A stretch of 64,000 nt of DNA from Bacillota bacterium (GTDB taxonomy: Bacteria > Bacillota > Clostridia > TANB77 > CAG-465). The notes below the pieces were generated by a model. It was given only the letters and a program-made list of their open reading frames with translations, was not told the origin of the DNA and searched no databases. This document shows, piece after piece, positions 55,775-64,000 of the stretch. The position numbers and the translations under genes are program-made. The stretch spans positions 7,409 to 71,408 of the forward strand of contig JAEWPS010000038.1 in NCBI GenBank assembly GCA_023460515.1, in the 5' to 3' direction. How positions within the stretch are numbered: position 1 is the first letter of the stretch; every line of letters starts with the position of its first letter.

Positions 55775-58700
55775 TTATAGTCCAGTGTTTACTACAATTA
55801 CTGGAATAAATCCACATCCAGTATTTCCACCATATGTATTATACATAGCAAATATCCCTGATGTTTTTGGTGTATTTTGATTCCAATATTCTCCACCACG
55901 TACACAAAAGCCATTACTATAATCTGGGGTTATTAGATAGTTATAAAACCATGCGTAAGCTCCTGAATATTCAGCTATCTCATACATTGCATGACCTTTT
56001 GGAGATGTAGTACTAAATAATGTTGTTGGTGTATATACATCTTTATATTGCGCTGGTGCATTAACTAAATTATTTCCCCAACCTAAAGATACATCACTTC
56101 TATATGCAGCTACAAAACTTCCTTTTACAGAAGACATATCATATATACCATATATATTTCCTGTTGTAGTTTGAGCAGCATTTGAAATATATCCTGTTCC
56201 TGTTGCACCACCTGTAGTAGTTGTAGAATTTCTAGTTATTTCAATTGCATCTTTTCCATAAGAAGATTTACTTAAATATGCTACTGCACCCCATTCAGAA
56301 TTCTTAATTAAATGTGTATCTAAACCTGATCCTGTAGTGCCCCATCCATACCTACTATTTGTTTCCATATTTCTACTTGCTGTGTATGCACCATTTATTC
56401 CACTACTATACATATCTAGCACTGTTATACCTGGTTTAAAATCTGGATTAGTAGTACTTCCGCTAGCCATGAATTTTGCTACCCATATACCCGTTAATTC
56501 TGTTGTTCCGAAGGTAAATGCTGGATGAGTAGTCCATGCGTTATTTGATGTAGTTACTGCACTTCCTGTATTTACTGTCCTATTAGAATTCCATAAATCA
56601 TTTATGCCTTGACTAAATTGTATATTTATTACTCCTGTAGTACTTGTTTGATGCCATCCTGAAGATATTTTATATACATATCTTGGTATCCACACCCACA
56701 TACTTCCATCTGCTGTTTGCGCATTTGCCCATTCTTTATTTTTATAGTTATACCAATTAGTATTATTATCTGGATCTGTAACTGTATCCCATGTGCTTGT
56801 TGAACTGTTCCAAATTTTTGCTGTCATTCCTGGTGCAAGCATTGGTTTATTTGCAACACCTTCCTCAATATTAGTTATAGTAATAGTACTTTGACCACTA
56901 TAATTTCCAGCTGCATTTCTTCCTCTAGCATAAATAGTAGTATTGTTTACTGTAACTACTATAGGCGATGTATATGTAAGCCACGTTGTTCCATTTAAAC
57001 TGTATTGCTTTGTTGTTACATCTGAAGAATATGTAATTGTAACTGTTACATTTCCACTTGTAAGTCCTGTAGGAGAAGCTGACATAATAGGATTTATTGG
57101 TGATATATTAGTTACTGTATATGTAGTTTCAGGAGACCAAAATCCATTTTGATCTAACGCTTTAGCATATATAATTGTAGTATTTTTATTTACTATAAAC
57201 GGACCTGTATAATCTAACCAATTACCTAATGTTCCACCTGGTTCTAGAATTCTGTATTTTCTTTCTACTGAACCTTGTTCATATGTAATTGTAGCTGTAA
57301 CTTCAGGTGCATTTGAAGTAGGATTTACTGTAACTTTAGGTTCTTCAGGCGCTACAACTATTATTGGTCTAATAATCCCATTTTCGTTACTGTATGTATT
57401 TTCTAAGCTAAATATACCAGCTTTATATGTACTATAATAATATCCTCCTCTCATGAAGAATGGTGAATATGAATACGGCTTATCTATAAAGTTACCAAAC
57501 CATTCTAGATTTCCACTATAATTACTTGAAGTTTCATAAAAAGCATCACCTTTTTTAGATGTTGCACTATATATATCTGTAATAGAATACATATCTCTAT
57601 ATTTAGCATTGGCATTTATCATAATCGGTGCATAAGCTAAATATCCGTTAGAATTATCATTTAAATATGCTGCAACAAAAGTGTATTTCATAGCTGACAT
57701 ATCGTATACACCATGTATATTTCCTGTAGTACTTTGCGCTCCATTAGATACATATGAGTTTGTAGTTCCACCACCTGCATAATATGAAGTACTAGGATTT
57801 ATAGATATTTCAACAGTATTTTTTCCATATGAAGATTTACTTAAATATGCAATTGCTCCCCATTCAGTATTTTTTATCATATGGGTATCTACCCTTTCAC
57901 CACTAGTTCCCCAACCATATCTGCTATTTGATTCCATATTTCTAACTGCTGTAAATGCTCCATCTAAACGTCCTATATTATATGCATCTAACATTGTACC
58001 ACCAGGCTTCGAATCAATTGCTGAACTAGTACCACTAGCTGCAAATTTTGCAACCCATATTCCAGTTAATTCCTGTGTTCCAAATGTAAATGCTGTATGA
58101 TTCGTCCAAGTATTATTTGATGCAGATGCTAAATTCGAGGTATTTATCAAACCTATTACTGCACTATTCCAATTATCATCTATACCTTTACTAAATTGTA
58201 TATTTATAACTCCTGTATTTGTTGTTTGATGCCATCCTGAAGATATTTTATATACATATCTAGGTATCCATACCCACATACTACCATCGGCTGTTTGTGC
58301 ATTTGCCCATTCTTTCCCAGCATAATTATACCATGTTGTATCAGTATCTGGATTAGTTACTGTATCCCACGTACTACTAGAACTATTCCATCTTTTTGCT
58401 GTCATACCTGGTGCAAGTAATGGTTTATTTACAACTACTTGAATTGCAAGTACAAAGGCGTTAGTTTTATTTACTACAGTATTTCCCGCATTATCCGTTC
58501 CCTTTACCCATAAATAATAAGTTCCTTCGACACCTGTTTTTGTTATTAATGAAGCATTCGTAAATGCTACCCAGCCTGAAGTTGGTGTAGTGATATTTTG
58601 TACATCCCAAACATATTGTAATGTTGATGCATCTACTCCACTACCATCAGTGTCTGTTACTGTAACTGTTGTACTAGCAGTTTCTACATTATTTGCTCCA

Positions 58701-61700
58701 TTAGTACTAAACCCAACCACAGGATTTATCTTATCTATATTTGAAACGGTAAGTGTACTTTGACCACTTTGATTCCCAGCTTCATCTTTTGCTTTAGCAT
58801 ATACAGTCGTATTATTATTTGTAATTATTATTGGGTTTACGTAAGCTTGCCAAGAAGTACCATTAGTACTATACTCTTTAATCACAGAACTTTCACTATA
58901 TACTATTGTAACAGTCACGCTTCCTTTAGTCCATGACGTTGGTGCTGCTGAAAGAATAGGATTTTCTGGCGGCAAAACGTCTATATTCTCAACATTTAAA
59001 GTATATACCTGTTTATTTCCTACTTGATCTTCCGCATAGAAAGTATAGTATCCATTTTCTGTTATGTTAACATTACTATTATTTGTTATTACAACTCCAT
59101 TTGAAGTAAAATAACTTTCACCTTGAGTGCCAGGTGCCCATTTTACTATACCCACAGCAACATCATCTGTTACATCTACTTTCACAGCTACACTTTGTTT
59201 TACAGATGTAAGATCTGCTGTTAGTTTTATTACTGGTGCAACTTCATCAATATTAGTTACTTTAAGCATTGCCTCTTGAGACCAAACTTCACTATTATCC
59301 ATAGCTTTTGCATATATTATAGTATTATTTCTGTCTATTATTATAGGTCCATTATAATTTAACCAATCTCCAAGTGTTCCACCAGGTTGTAATATTCTAT
59401 ATTGTTTTTTTACCATTTCTGTATCATAAACAATCGTTGCAGTAACTTGCTTTGTCGGTTCTATAGGATTTATTACTATTTGTGGAGCTAATGGTGCTAC
59501 TCTATCCCATCTCATAGATATATTAGCAAATAACTGACTTATTGGAACATCTATTAAATAATAATCACCTTCAAATGTTACTAATTTTCCATTTTCATCT
59601 TCTATTTTAATTAATGTACCGTTTTTTATAACTGAATCTTTAAATTCTGGCTTTATTAATAATATACCAGATTCTTTATACGGTTTCCACTCGCCATTTT
59701 CTTTCCACTTATATTCTCTACCTTTTGATCCTTCTGGATAACTTAATTTTAATAAATAATAATTTCCTTTATCTAGTGCAAGAACTGGTGGTGGAGGTAT
59801 TATATTTTCTACTGTATATCTTGAACTAGACTTTTCACCAGAACTATTTTCGCTATATGCATACACAGTTGTACCATTGGTAGTTATATCAAATGGTGCT
59901 GTATAGTCAATTAGTGCTGAACCATTTATACTATATTTTTTTATAGTTGCATACTTATCATATGTTATATTTATTCCAACTTTACTTGCTTGTATACTAT
60001 TACTTGGACTTGGAATTATTACAGGATTAGATATTCCAAGTAGTAAATTATCTATTACTTTAGATGCTTCACCTTTTCCATTTATAGATTTTGCATATGC
60101 ATATATAGTACAACTACTTGTTATATCAAATGGTACTGTATACGTTTTTAAATCTCCATATTTTCCAATTGAATAGTATTTTTCTGTTGCTTTACTATCA
60201 TATTCAATACTTACTTTTGAACTCGCAACCTTTGACGTAGATAATGAAGGTTCAGGATCTACGTTTATATTTACAGCCAAAATTTCAATTGCATCTGGTA
60301 CTTTTATTGCACCAATATTTGTTATATCCAAATACGCTTCTGATACACCATACGCGTTTGTCGCTCTAGCATATATTCTTTTATTTTCTTTTACTACAAA
60401 AGGAGCCGTATATGGATTATATACTATTCCATCATTACTATATTCTACTTTATCTGCATAACTAGATGCTACATTTACTACAACTTCAGTTGATTTATCT
60501 GCTCCACTCCATGGATACGGATTTGCATTTATATAGACATATGGCTTTTTATTTGCTGTTCCGTCATCATTTTTCAAAATATTGCTTATTCTTGAATGAG
60601 CTTCAAGTGACTTTTCCCCTGCAGAATTTCTATAGTATGCGTATAATTCAACATTATCCTTTACTACTACTGGAGTTGTATATTCTTGATATGTTCCATA
60701 TCTTCCTATTTTTAAGTATGTAACAGTTGCTCCAGCTGGAGAGGTTACACTAACTGATACCTCTGATACCAAACCACTATTTGGGTTTATATTAATAACA
60801 GGTGCTGGAACTATTTCTGAAGGTTCTATTGGAACTGGTTCTAAAATTCCTGGATCTGTTGGAATCTCGTTTACCCTAATCCATGCTATCTGAGATTTAT
60901 TACCATCTGCGTCATAATAATATGCCATTATATATGTTCCCCAGGTTGTTACACTTATCTCACTTACATAATTTTGTTCTACCCCATAATTTTGTGTAAA
61001 TATTTTCCTATCTGCATTTGCTGGATATGTTATTTGAATTCTTGCCTTTTCACTTCCATTTGAAGCATCAAGTCTTGTTATAATTGGTGGCGGAAGTTTT
61101 ATTTTTGTATCAGGCTCATATGGCAACGGAACTTCTGGCACATACGGCGGAAGTGCCTCATAAGGTTTAGGATCTTCTGCGGCCTTTACCGTAGTGTCGT
61201 TTATATATATCGATGTAGACAATGATTTTTTACCACTTACATCATAATAGTAGGCTATAATATGTGTTCCATAACTTTTTATACTTACTTCACTTGTATA
61301 GTTTTGTTCTACTCCATAATTTATCTTGAATATTTTTCTAACTGCATTTTCTGGATATGTTATTTGCAGCCTTGCTTTTTCATCACCGGTAGCAGGAGGA
61401 AGCCTTTTTATAACCGGGGCAGCAAGGTTAGTTTCTTCAACACCTATATTACCTATATATACTAGATCTTTTCCAACTATATCTCTTGACATAAGTAAAG
61501 TTCCATCTGTATTATATATATTTTCTGTCTTTTTTGCTCTTGCTTGTATAAGGCAATTTTCTGTAACAGCAAATCCTCCAACATATGGCATCCAATCGCT
61601 ATTTCCCACTTTGTATTCTTTTGTTGTAGCATCACTATCATAATTTATATTTACATTTACTTCAGAGACTTTTGTTGTTCCAGTTTTATCTGGAACTATA

Positions 61701-62455
61701 TCTACTAAAAGTGTTCCTGCTGGTGGCACTATAACCTCTTCATTATTAATTTTATACTTAATCCATACATCTTTTACTCTATCTAACGGTATTGATATAG
61801 GACCTGTATACTCTTGCCACATAAGCATAGGATCTACTCTAATTTCGCCTTCATTTCCAAGTCTCCACATTTTAGCAGTTGAATTTGTTGGATAGTATAA
61901 AGTTAGATTTATCCAACCGTTCCATAATTCTTGTGTGTCTGGAACAACAGCTATTTCAGTAACTCCACCATCTAATGTATGCCATCTTTTGGTTTCAAAG
62001 AAATCTCCTACATAATCATATATTTGATTTGTTGCTACATCTATAACATAACCTTTATCTTTCTTATTACTTGCCAAACCTTTTACTCCGGCATCAGCTT
62101 CATTTATCCAGTACAAATCAATATCATTTATTGTTTTACCAGGATTTAATTCTTCTATTTTTGTTTTAAGCGTTGGAACATTATTTGCTATATCTTGTTT
62201 ATCACTTAAACTTAGTTTACCTTCTAATGGAAGCTTAAAACTGTTTGAACCAGATATATCTATATTACTAACTGAATACAGATTTACCCCTTCTTCAACA
62301 TTTTTAAAATCACTCATGAATCTTGCCTTTTTAGAACTATCCATGATACCACCATTACTTAAAGTAATAATTACTGCACCAGCTAAAATAATTATAACTA
62401 TTATTGTTATAACTAAAGTTATTAATGATATCCCTTTTTCATTGTATTTTTTCAT
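55775..62455 (-). CDS. giant (2226 aa) prepilin-like-leader surface protein: shared Ig-repeat stalk plus two C-terminal FGE/SUMF1-like (C-type-lectin-fold) modules
   Basis: ORF extends to 62518. Start moved to ATG 62455 (MKKYNEKG|ISLITLVITIIVIIILAGAVIITL), preceded by the same GGAGG SD as gene 1. Stalk paralogous to gene 1 through residue ~1159. The tip has two copies of NKP(L/M)LAPGMTAK.WNSS.STWDTVT...GSMWVWIPRYVYKISSGWHQ...ELTGIWVAKF.ASG...N.EWGA.AYLSKSSYGK...TTGNI.G.YDMS...RGG.Y. Confidence 0.85.
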   Translation of the reverse strand: MKKYNEKGISLITLVITIIVIIILAGAVIITLSNGGIMDSSKKARFMSDFKNVEEGVNLYSVSNIDISGSNSFKLPLEGKLSLSDKQDIANNVPTLKTKIEELNPGKTINDIDLYWINEADAGVKGLASNKKDKGYVIDVATNQIYDYVGDFFETKRWHTLDGGVTEIAVVPDTQELWNGWINLTLYYPTNSTAKMWRLGNEGEIRVDPMLMWQEYTGPISIPLDRVKDVWIKYKINNEEVIVPPAGTLLVDIVPDKTGTTKVSEVNVNINYDSDATTKEYKVGNSDWMPYVGGFAVTENCLIQARAKKTENIYNTDGTLLMSRDIVGKDLVYIGNIGVEETNLAAPVIKRLPPATGDEKARLQITYPENAVRKIFKINYGVEQNYTSEVSIKSYGTHIIAYYYDVSGKKSLSTSIYINDTTVKAAEDPKPYEALPPYVPEVPLPYEPDTKIKLPPPIITRLDASNGSEKARIQITYPANADRKIFTQNYGVEQNYVSEISVTTWGTYIMAYYYDADGNKSQIAWIRVNEIPTDPGILEPVPIEPSEIVPAPVININPNSGLVSEVSVSVTSPAGATVTYLKIGRYGTYQEYTTPVVVKDNVELYAYYRNSAGEKSLEAHSRISNILKNDDGTANKKPYVYINANPYPWSGADKSTEVVVNVASSYADKVEYSNDGIVYNPYTAPFVVKENKRIYARATNAYGVSEAYLDITNIGAIKVPDAIEILAVNINVDPEPSLSTSKVASSKVSIEYDSKATEKYYSIGKYGDLKTYTVPFDITSSCTIYAYAKSINGKGEASKVIDNLLLGISNPVIIPSPSNSIQASKVGINITYDKYATIKKYSINGSALIDYTAPFDITTNGTTVYAYSENSSGEKSSSRYTVENIIPPPPVLALDKGNYYLLKLSYPEGSKGREYKWKENGEWKPYKESGILLIKPEFKDSVIKNGTLIKIEDENGKLVTFEGDYYLIDVPISQLFANISMRWDRVAPLAPQIVINPIEPTKQVTATIVYDTEMVKKQYRILQPGGTLGDWLNYNGPIIIDRNNTIIYAKAMDNSEVWSQEAMLKVTNIDEVAPVIKLTADLTSVKQSVAVKVDVTDDVAVGIVKWAPGTQGESYFTSNGVVITNNSNVNITENGYYTFYAEDQVGNKQVYTLNVENIDVLPPENPILSAAPTSWTKGSVTVTIVYSESSVIKEYSTNGTSWQAYVNPIIITNNNTTVYAKAKDEAGNQSGQSTLTVSNIDKINPVVGFSTNGANNVETASTTVTVTDTDGSGVDASTLQYVWDVQNITTPTSGWVAFTNASLITKTGVEGTYYLWVKGTDNAGNTVVNKTNAFVLAIQVVVNKPLLAPGMTAKRWNSSSSTWDTVTNPDTDTTWYNYAGKEWANAQTADGSMWVWIPRYVYKISSGWHQTTNTGVINIQFSKGIDDNWNSAVIGLINTSNLASASNNTWTNHTAFTFGTQELTGIWVAKFAASGTSSAIDSKPGGTMLDAYNIGRLDGAFTAVRNMESNSRYGWGTSGERVDTHMIKNTEWGAIAYLSKSSYGKNTVEISINPSTSYYAGGGTTNSYVSNGAQSTTGNIHGVYDMSAMKYTFVAAYLNDNSNGYLAYAPIMINANAKYRDMYSITDIYSATSKKGDAFYETSSNYSGNLEWFGNFIDKPYSYSPFFMRGGYYYSTYKAGIFSLENTYSNENGIIRPIIVVAPEEPKVTVNPTSNAPEVTATITYEQGSVERKYRILEPGGTLGNWLDYTGPFIVNKNTTIIYAKALDQNGFWSPETTYTVTNISPINPIMSASPTGLTSGNVTVTITYSSDVTTKQYSLNGTTWLTYTSPIVVTVNNTTIYARGRNAAGNYSGQSTITITNIEEGVANKPMLAPGMTAKIWNSSTSTWDTVTDPDNNTNWYNYKNKEWANAQTADGSMWVWIPRYVYKISSGWHQTSTTGVINIQFSQGINDLWNSNRTVNTGSAVTTSNNAWTTHPAFTFGTTELTGIWVAKFMASGSTTNPDFKPGITVLDMYSSGINGAYTASRNMETNSRYGWGTTGSGLDTHLIKNSEWGAVAYLSKSSYGKDAIEITRNSTTTTGGATGTGYISNAAQTTTGNIYGIYDMSSVKGSFVAAYRSDVSLGWGNNLVNAPAQYKDVYTPTTLFSTTSPKGHAMYEIAEYSGAYAWFYNYLITPDYSNGFCVRGGEYWNQNTPKTSGIFAMYNTYGGNTGCGFIPVIVVNTGL
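55778..56851 (-). repeat. FGE/SUMF1-like module B (internal duplication in giant gene 2)
   Basis: Residues 1869-2247, paralogous to residues 1343-1702. The 45-residue block from ...WANAQTADGSMWVWIPRYVYKISSGWHQT... is almost identical. Confidence 0.75.
57350..58429 (-). repeat. FGE/SUMF1-like module A (internal duplication in giant gene 2)
   Basis: Residues 1343-1702. See module B. Confidence 0.75.
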
Positions 62456-62532
62456 AAGTAACCTCCATATAAACTTATTATACCCATTTATTTGTTTGCT
62501 AATAAACTTTATTAACAAATTTTTACATAAAT

Positions 62533-62568
62533 AAAATTGCTAATTAAATACGTTATATTAGCAATTTT
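62533..62568. promoter_or_regulatory. second copy of the AAAATTGCTAAT-N12-ATTAGCAATTTT inverted repeat (candidate operator)
   Basis: Arms at 62533..62544 and 62557..62568, directly abutting the -10 box at 62569..62574. Confidence 0.55.
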
Positions 62569-62597
62569 ATTATACTTTATATATGTTTTTTTGTCAA
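62569..62597 (-). promoter_or_regulatory. perfect sigma-A consensus promoter of giant gene 2 (TTGACA-N17-TATAAT)
   Basis: On the minus strand: TTGACA at 62592..62597 and TATAAT at 62569..62574. Confidence 0.7.
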
Positions 62598-62629
62598 TAA
62601 TTTTTATACTTATTACATGTTAAATTATT

Positions 62630-62649
62630 ATTTGTAATATATTTGTAAT
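62630..62649. promoter_or_regulatory. direct repeat ATTTGTAAT-N2-ATTTGTAAT upstream of the giant gene 2 promoter
   Basis: Copies at 62630..62638 and 62641..62649. Same element and same distance from the -35 as at 54495..54514. Confidence 0.4.
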
Positions 62650-62663
62650 TTAAAAATATACGA

Positions 62664-62693
62664 AGAAAAAACAACTATATATATAATAGTTGT
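62664..62693 (-). terminator. terminator of the def / DUF86-like transcription unit
   Basis: Stem ACAACTAT (62671..62678) / ATAGTTGT (62686..62693), followed on the minus strand by TTTTTT. Confidence 0.65.
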
Positions 62694-62708
62694 CTTAAAA
62701 ATATATTA

Positions 62709-63119
62709 TTATCCTCTTTTATGCAAATCTTTTAAAAATATGCTAAGAGTTGGTAATTCGTTTAAAATTATATCATACATATATTTACTAGTAACTTCAT
62801 CATAATTAAAAATTAATTTGTTTCTAATATTCAACATACTATAATACTTGTCCAAATTTTTAGAATCTAATTTACCATTTTTACATAGTATTTCAAAAAT
62901 TTCATTATAATTTGAACCATTTTGAAGTTTAAATTTTTGAATAGTATGGGCGGACAAAAATATGGCAGTTTGAATCGCTCCATACATATATGTTTGCGAT
63001 GCGGCAGCATTCTTAGAATTTTCACAAAAACTTTTCTCATCCAGCTTTAGAAAATTTGATAATTCAATAACACATTTCTTAAAGAACTTAACTTTATCTG
63101 TTACCACTTTATTATCCAT
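62709..63119 (-). CDS. DUF86 (HepT/YutE-like) four-helix protein with degenerate R-x4-H-x-Y motif
   Basis: 136 aa. The C-terminal LNIRNKLIFNYDEVTSKYMYDIILNELPTLSIFLKDL matches the DUF86 pattern RN.L.H.Y..(I/V)d...(V/I)...(I/L)...L..L..F, but with Phe in place of the catalytic His. No adjacent nucleotidyltransferase (MNT) gene. Confidence 0.5.
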   Translation of the reverse strand: MDNKVVTDKVKFFKKCVIELSNFLKLDEKSFCENSKNAAASQTYMYGAIQTAIFLSAHTIQKFKLQNGSNYNEIFEILCKNGKLDSKNLDKYYSMLNIRNKLIFNYDEVTSKYMYDIILNELPTLSIFLKDLHKRG

Positions 63120-63143
63120 ATTTTTTACTCCTTTAAAATATAT

Positions 63144-63680
63144 TTATTTTTTATTTTTCTTATATTTTTTATTATTCTTACTATCCTTTGTACTATCTTC
63201 CTTCTCTCCTACGTATGTATTATATGCAATATCCACAAAAACTCTTCCATCTAGATGATCAATTTCATGTTGTAACACAATAGACTCTACATCTTTTGCA
63301 TGAATTATTATTTTGCTTCCATTTAAATCTTTTGCTTCTACTGTTATTTTTTCATGTCTATCTACATATCCAAATAAATCAGGAAAACTTAAGCATCCTT
63401 CTTCAGTAGTTACCATTTGTTTAGATGATTTAGTAATTACAGGATTAATCAAAACCTTCGGATTCTTAACTCCATCATCTTTTACATATTCTGAGTCATA
63501 AACGACTATTCTTTTCAAAATTCCAACTTGACATGCAGCAATTCCTATACCATCATATTTATACATGGTTTCTATCATGTCATTTGCAATTTCTTTTATT
63601 TTGTCATCAATTACTTCTACTTCTCTAGATTTTTTATATAGTAATTCATCTTTTAGTTTACGTATTTCTCTAACTGCCAT
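63144..63680 (-). CDS. def: peptide deformylase
   Basis: 178 aa with GIGIAACQVG, EGCLSFP and QHEIDHLDG. Lys-rich C-terminal extension. Confidence 0.93.
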   Translation of the reverse strand: MAVREIRKLKDELLYKKSREVEVIDDKIKEIANDMIETMYKYDGIGIAACQVGILKRIVVYDSEYVKDDGVKNPKVLINPVITKSSKQMVTTEEGCLSFPDLFGYVDRHEKITVEAKDLNGSKIIIHAKDVESIVLQHEIDHLDGRVFVDIAYNTYVGEKEDSTKDSKNNKKYKKNKK

Positions 63681-63705
63681 AACATATTTCCTTTCTATTT
63701 TTGTT

Positions 63706-64000
63706 TTATTCTTGTTCCTGTTTAGCTGCTTGTTGCATACTAAACTTTATTTCTTGCCATTCTTCTTTAGATATTAATAATTGTCTTGGCTTACTTCCAT
63801 CATAACCAGATATTAGACCTCTTGCTTCCATTTGATCTACTATTCTACCAGCTCTTGAATAGCCAATTTTGAATCTTCTTTGTAGCATTGAAGCAGATGC
63901 TTGACCCATATCTACTACCATATCTATTGCATCGTTTAATATTGGATCTGATTCATCAGCATTTTCACCATGTTCACTATCTTTACCTTTAGTATTAGCT
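63706..64000 (-). CDS. ftsK: DNA translocase FtsK/SpoIIIE, C-terminal fragment (gamma winged-helix domain; continues past window end)
   Basis: The frame is open to the window edge: ...ANTKGKDSEHGENADESDPILNDAIDMVVDMGQASASMLQRRFKIGYSRAGRIVDQMEARGLISGYDGSKPRQLL... Confidence 0.8.
   Translation of the reverse strand, partial: ANTKGKDSEHGENADESDPILNDAIDMVVDMGQASASMLQRRFKIGYSRAGRIVDQMEARGLISGYDGSKPRQLLISKEEWQEIKFSMQQAAKQEQE

Larger units (their letters stand above)
58979..62660 (-). repeat. paralogous block, copy 2 (upstream region plus first ~1159 codons of giant gene 2)
   Basis: Collinear with 50820..54535. The 5' ~200 nt of coding sequence and the SD are near identical at the DNA level. Confidence 0.85.
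48602..63143. other. ~14.5-kb accessory block inserted between fmt and def
   Basis: fmt ends its 5' side at 48601 and def stops at 63144, both on the minus strand. In between lie two giant pilin-leader genes, one plus-strand gene and a DUF86-like gene, with their own promoters and terminators. Confidence 0.7.

Noticed and set aside
48807-62518. Checked whether the periodic repeats in this region could be a CRISPR array, satellite DNA or IS copies
   Set aside because: All periodicity is in frame within two long ORFs (85-aa Ig units, ~190-aa and ~370-aa modules). There are no short identical direct repeats with unique spacers and no transposase.

Overview
Very AT-rich chromosomal segment from an endospore-forming, Clostridia-like Firmicute (spoIIE, spoVG, comEC, PASTA kinase prkC). 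Nearly all genes are on the minus strand. The backbone is housekeeping: prfB (partial), an RluA-family synthase, YgiQ, DUF512, rpmF, spoIIE, comEC, spoVG, adk, murC, ychF, tsaD, mnmA-nifU-nifS, pyrG, addB, scpB, rpe, prkC/stp, rlmN, fmt, def and ftsK (partial). There are five intact tRNA genes: Gly-TCC, Leu-CAA, a CAT-anticodon tRNA, Tyr-GTA and Trp-CCA. The main finding is a ~14.5-kb accessory block (48602..63143) that splits the normally adjacent def-fmt pair. It encodes two giant paralogous proteins of 1836 and 2226 aa. Each starts with a prepilin-like (class III signal) leader that lacks Glu+5. They share a ~1160-aa Ig-repeat stalk but carry different lectin-like C-terminal tips: three discoidin/CBM32-like units in one, two FGE/SUMF1-like modules in the other. 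Each giant gene has a duplicated perfect TTGACA-N17-TATAAT promoter abutted by a conserved 12-bp inverted repeat. A divergently oriented, transglutaminase-like 305-aa gene sits between them. A third protein with the same leader lies at 29350. Other notable items are a full-length IleRS paralog that has lost HIGH and KMSKS, single-nucleotide frameshifts in rsgA and in a DUF1294 gene, and a 2.1-kb islet bracketed by 75-nt tRNA-Leu-derived direct repeats that carries a secreted matrixin-like protease with an HExxHxxGxxE motif. addB has no adjacent addA. No CRISPR array, transposase or integrase was seen. All calls come from reading the sequence and ORF translations. No database search was run.
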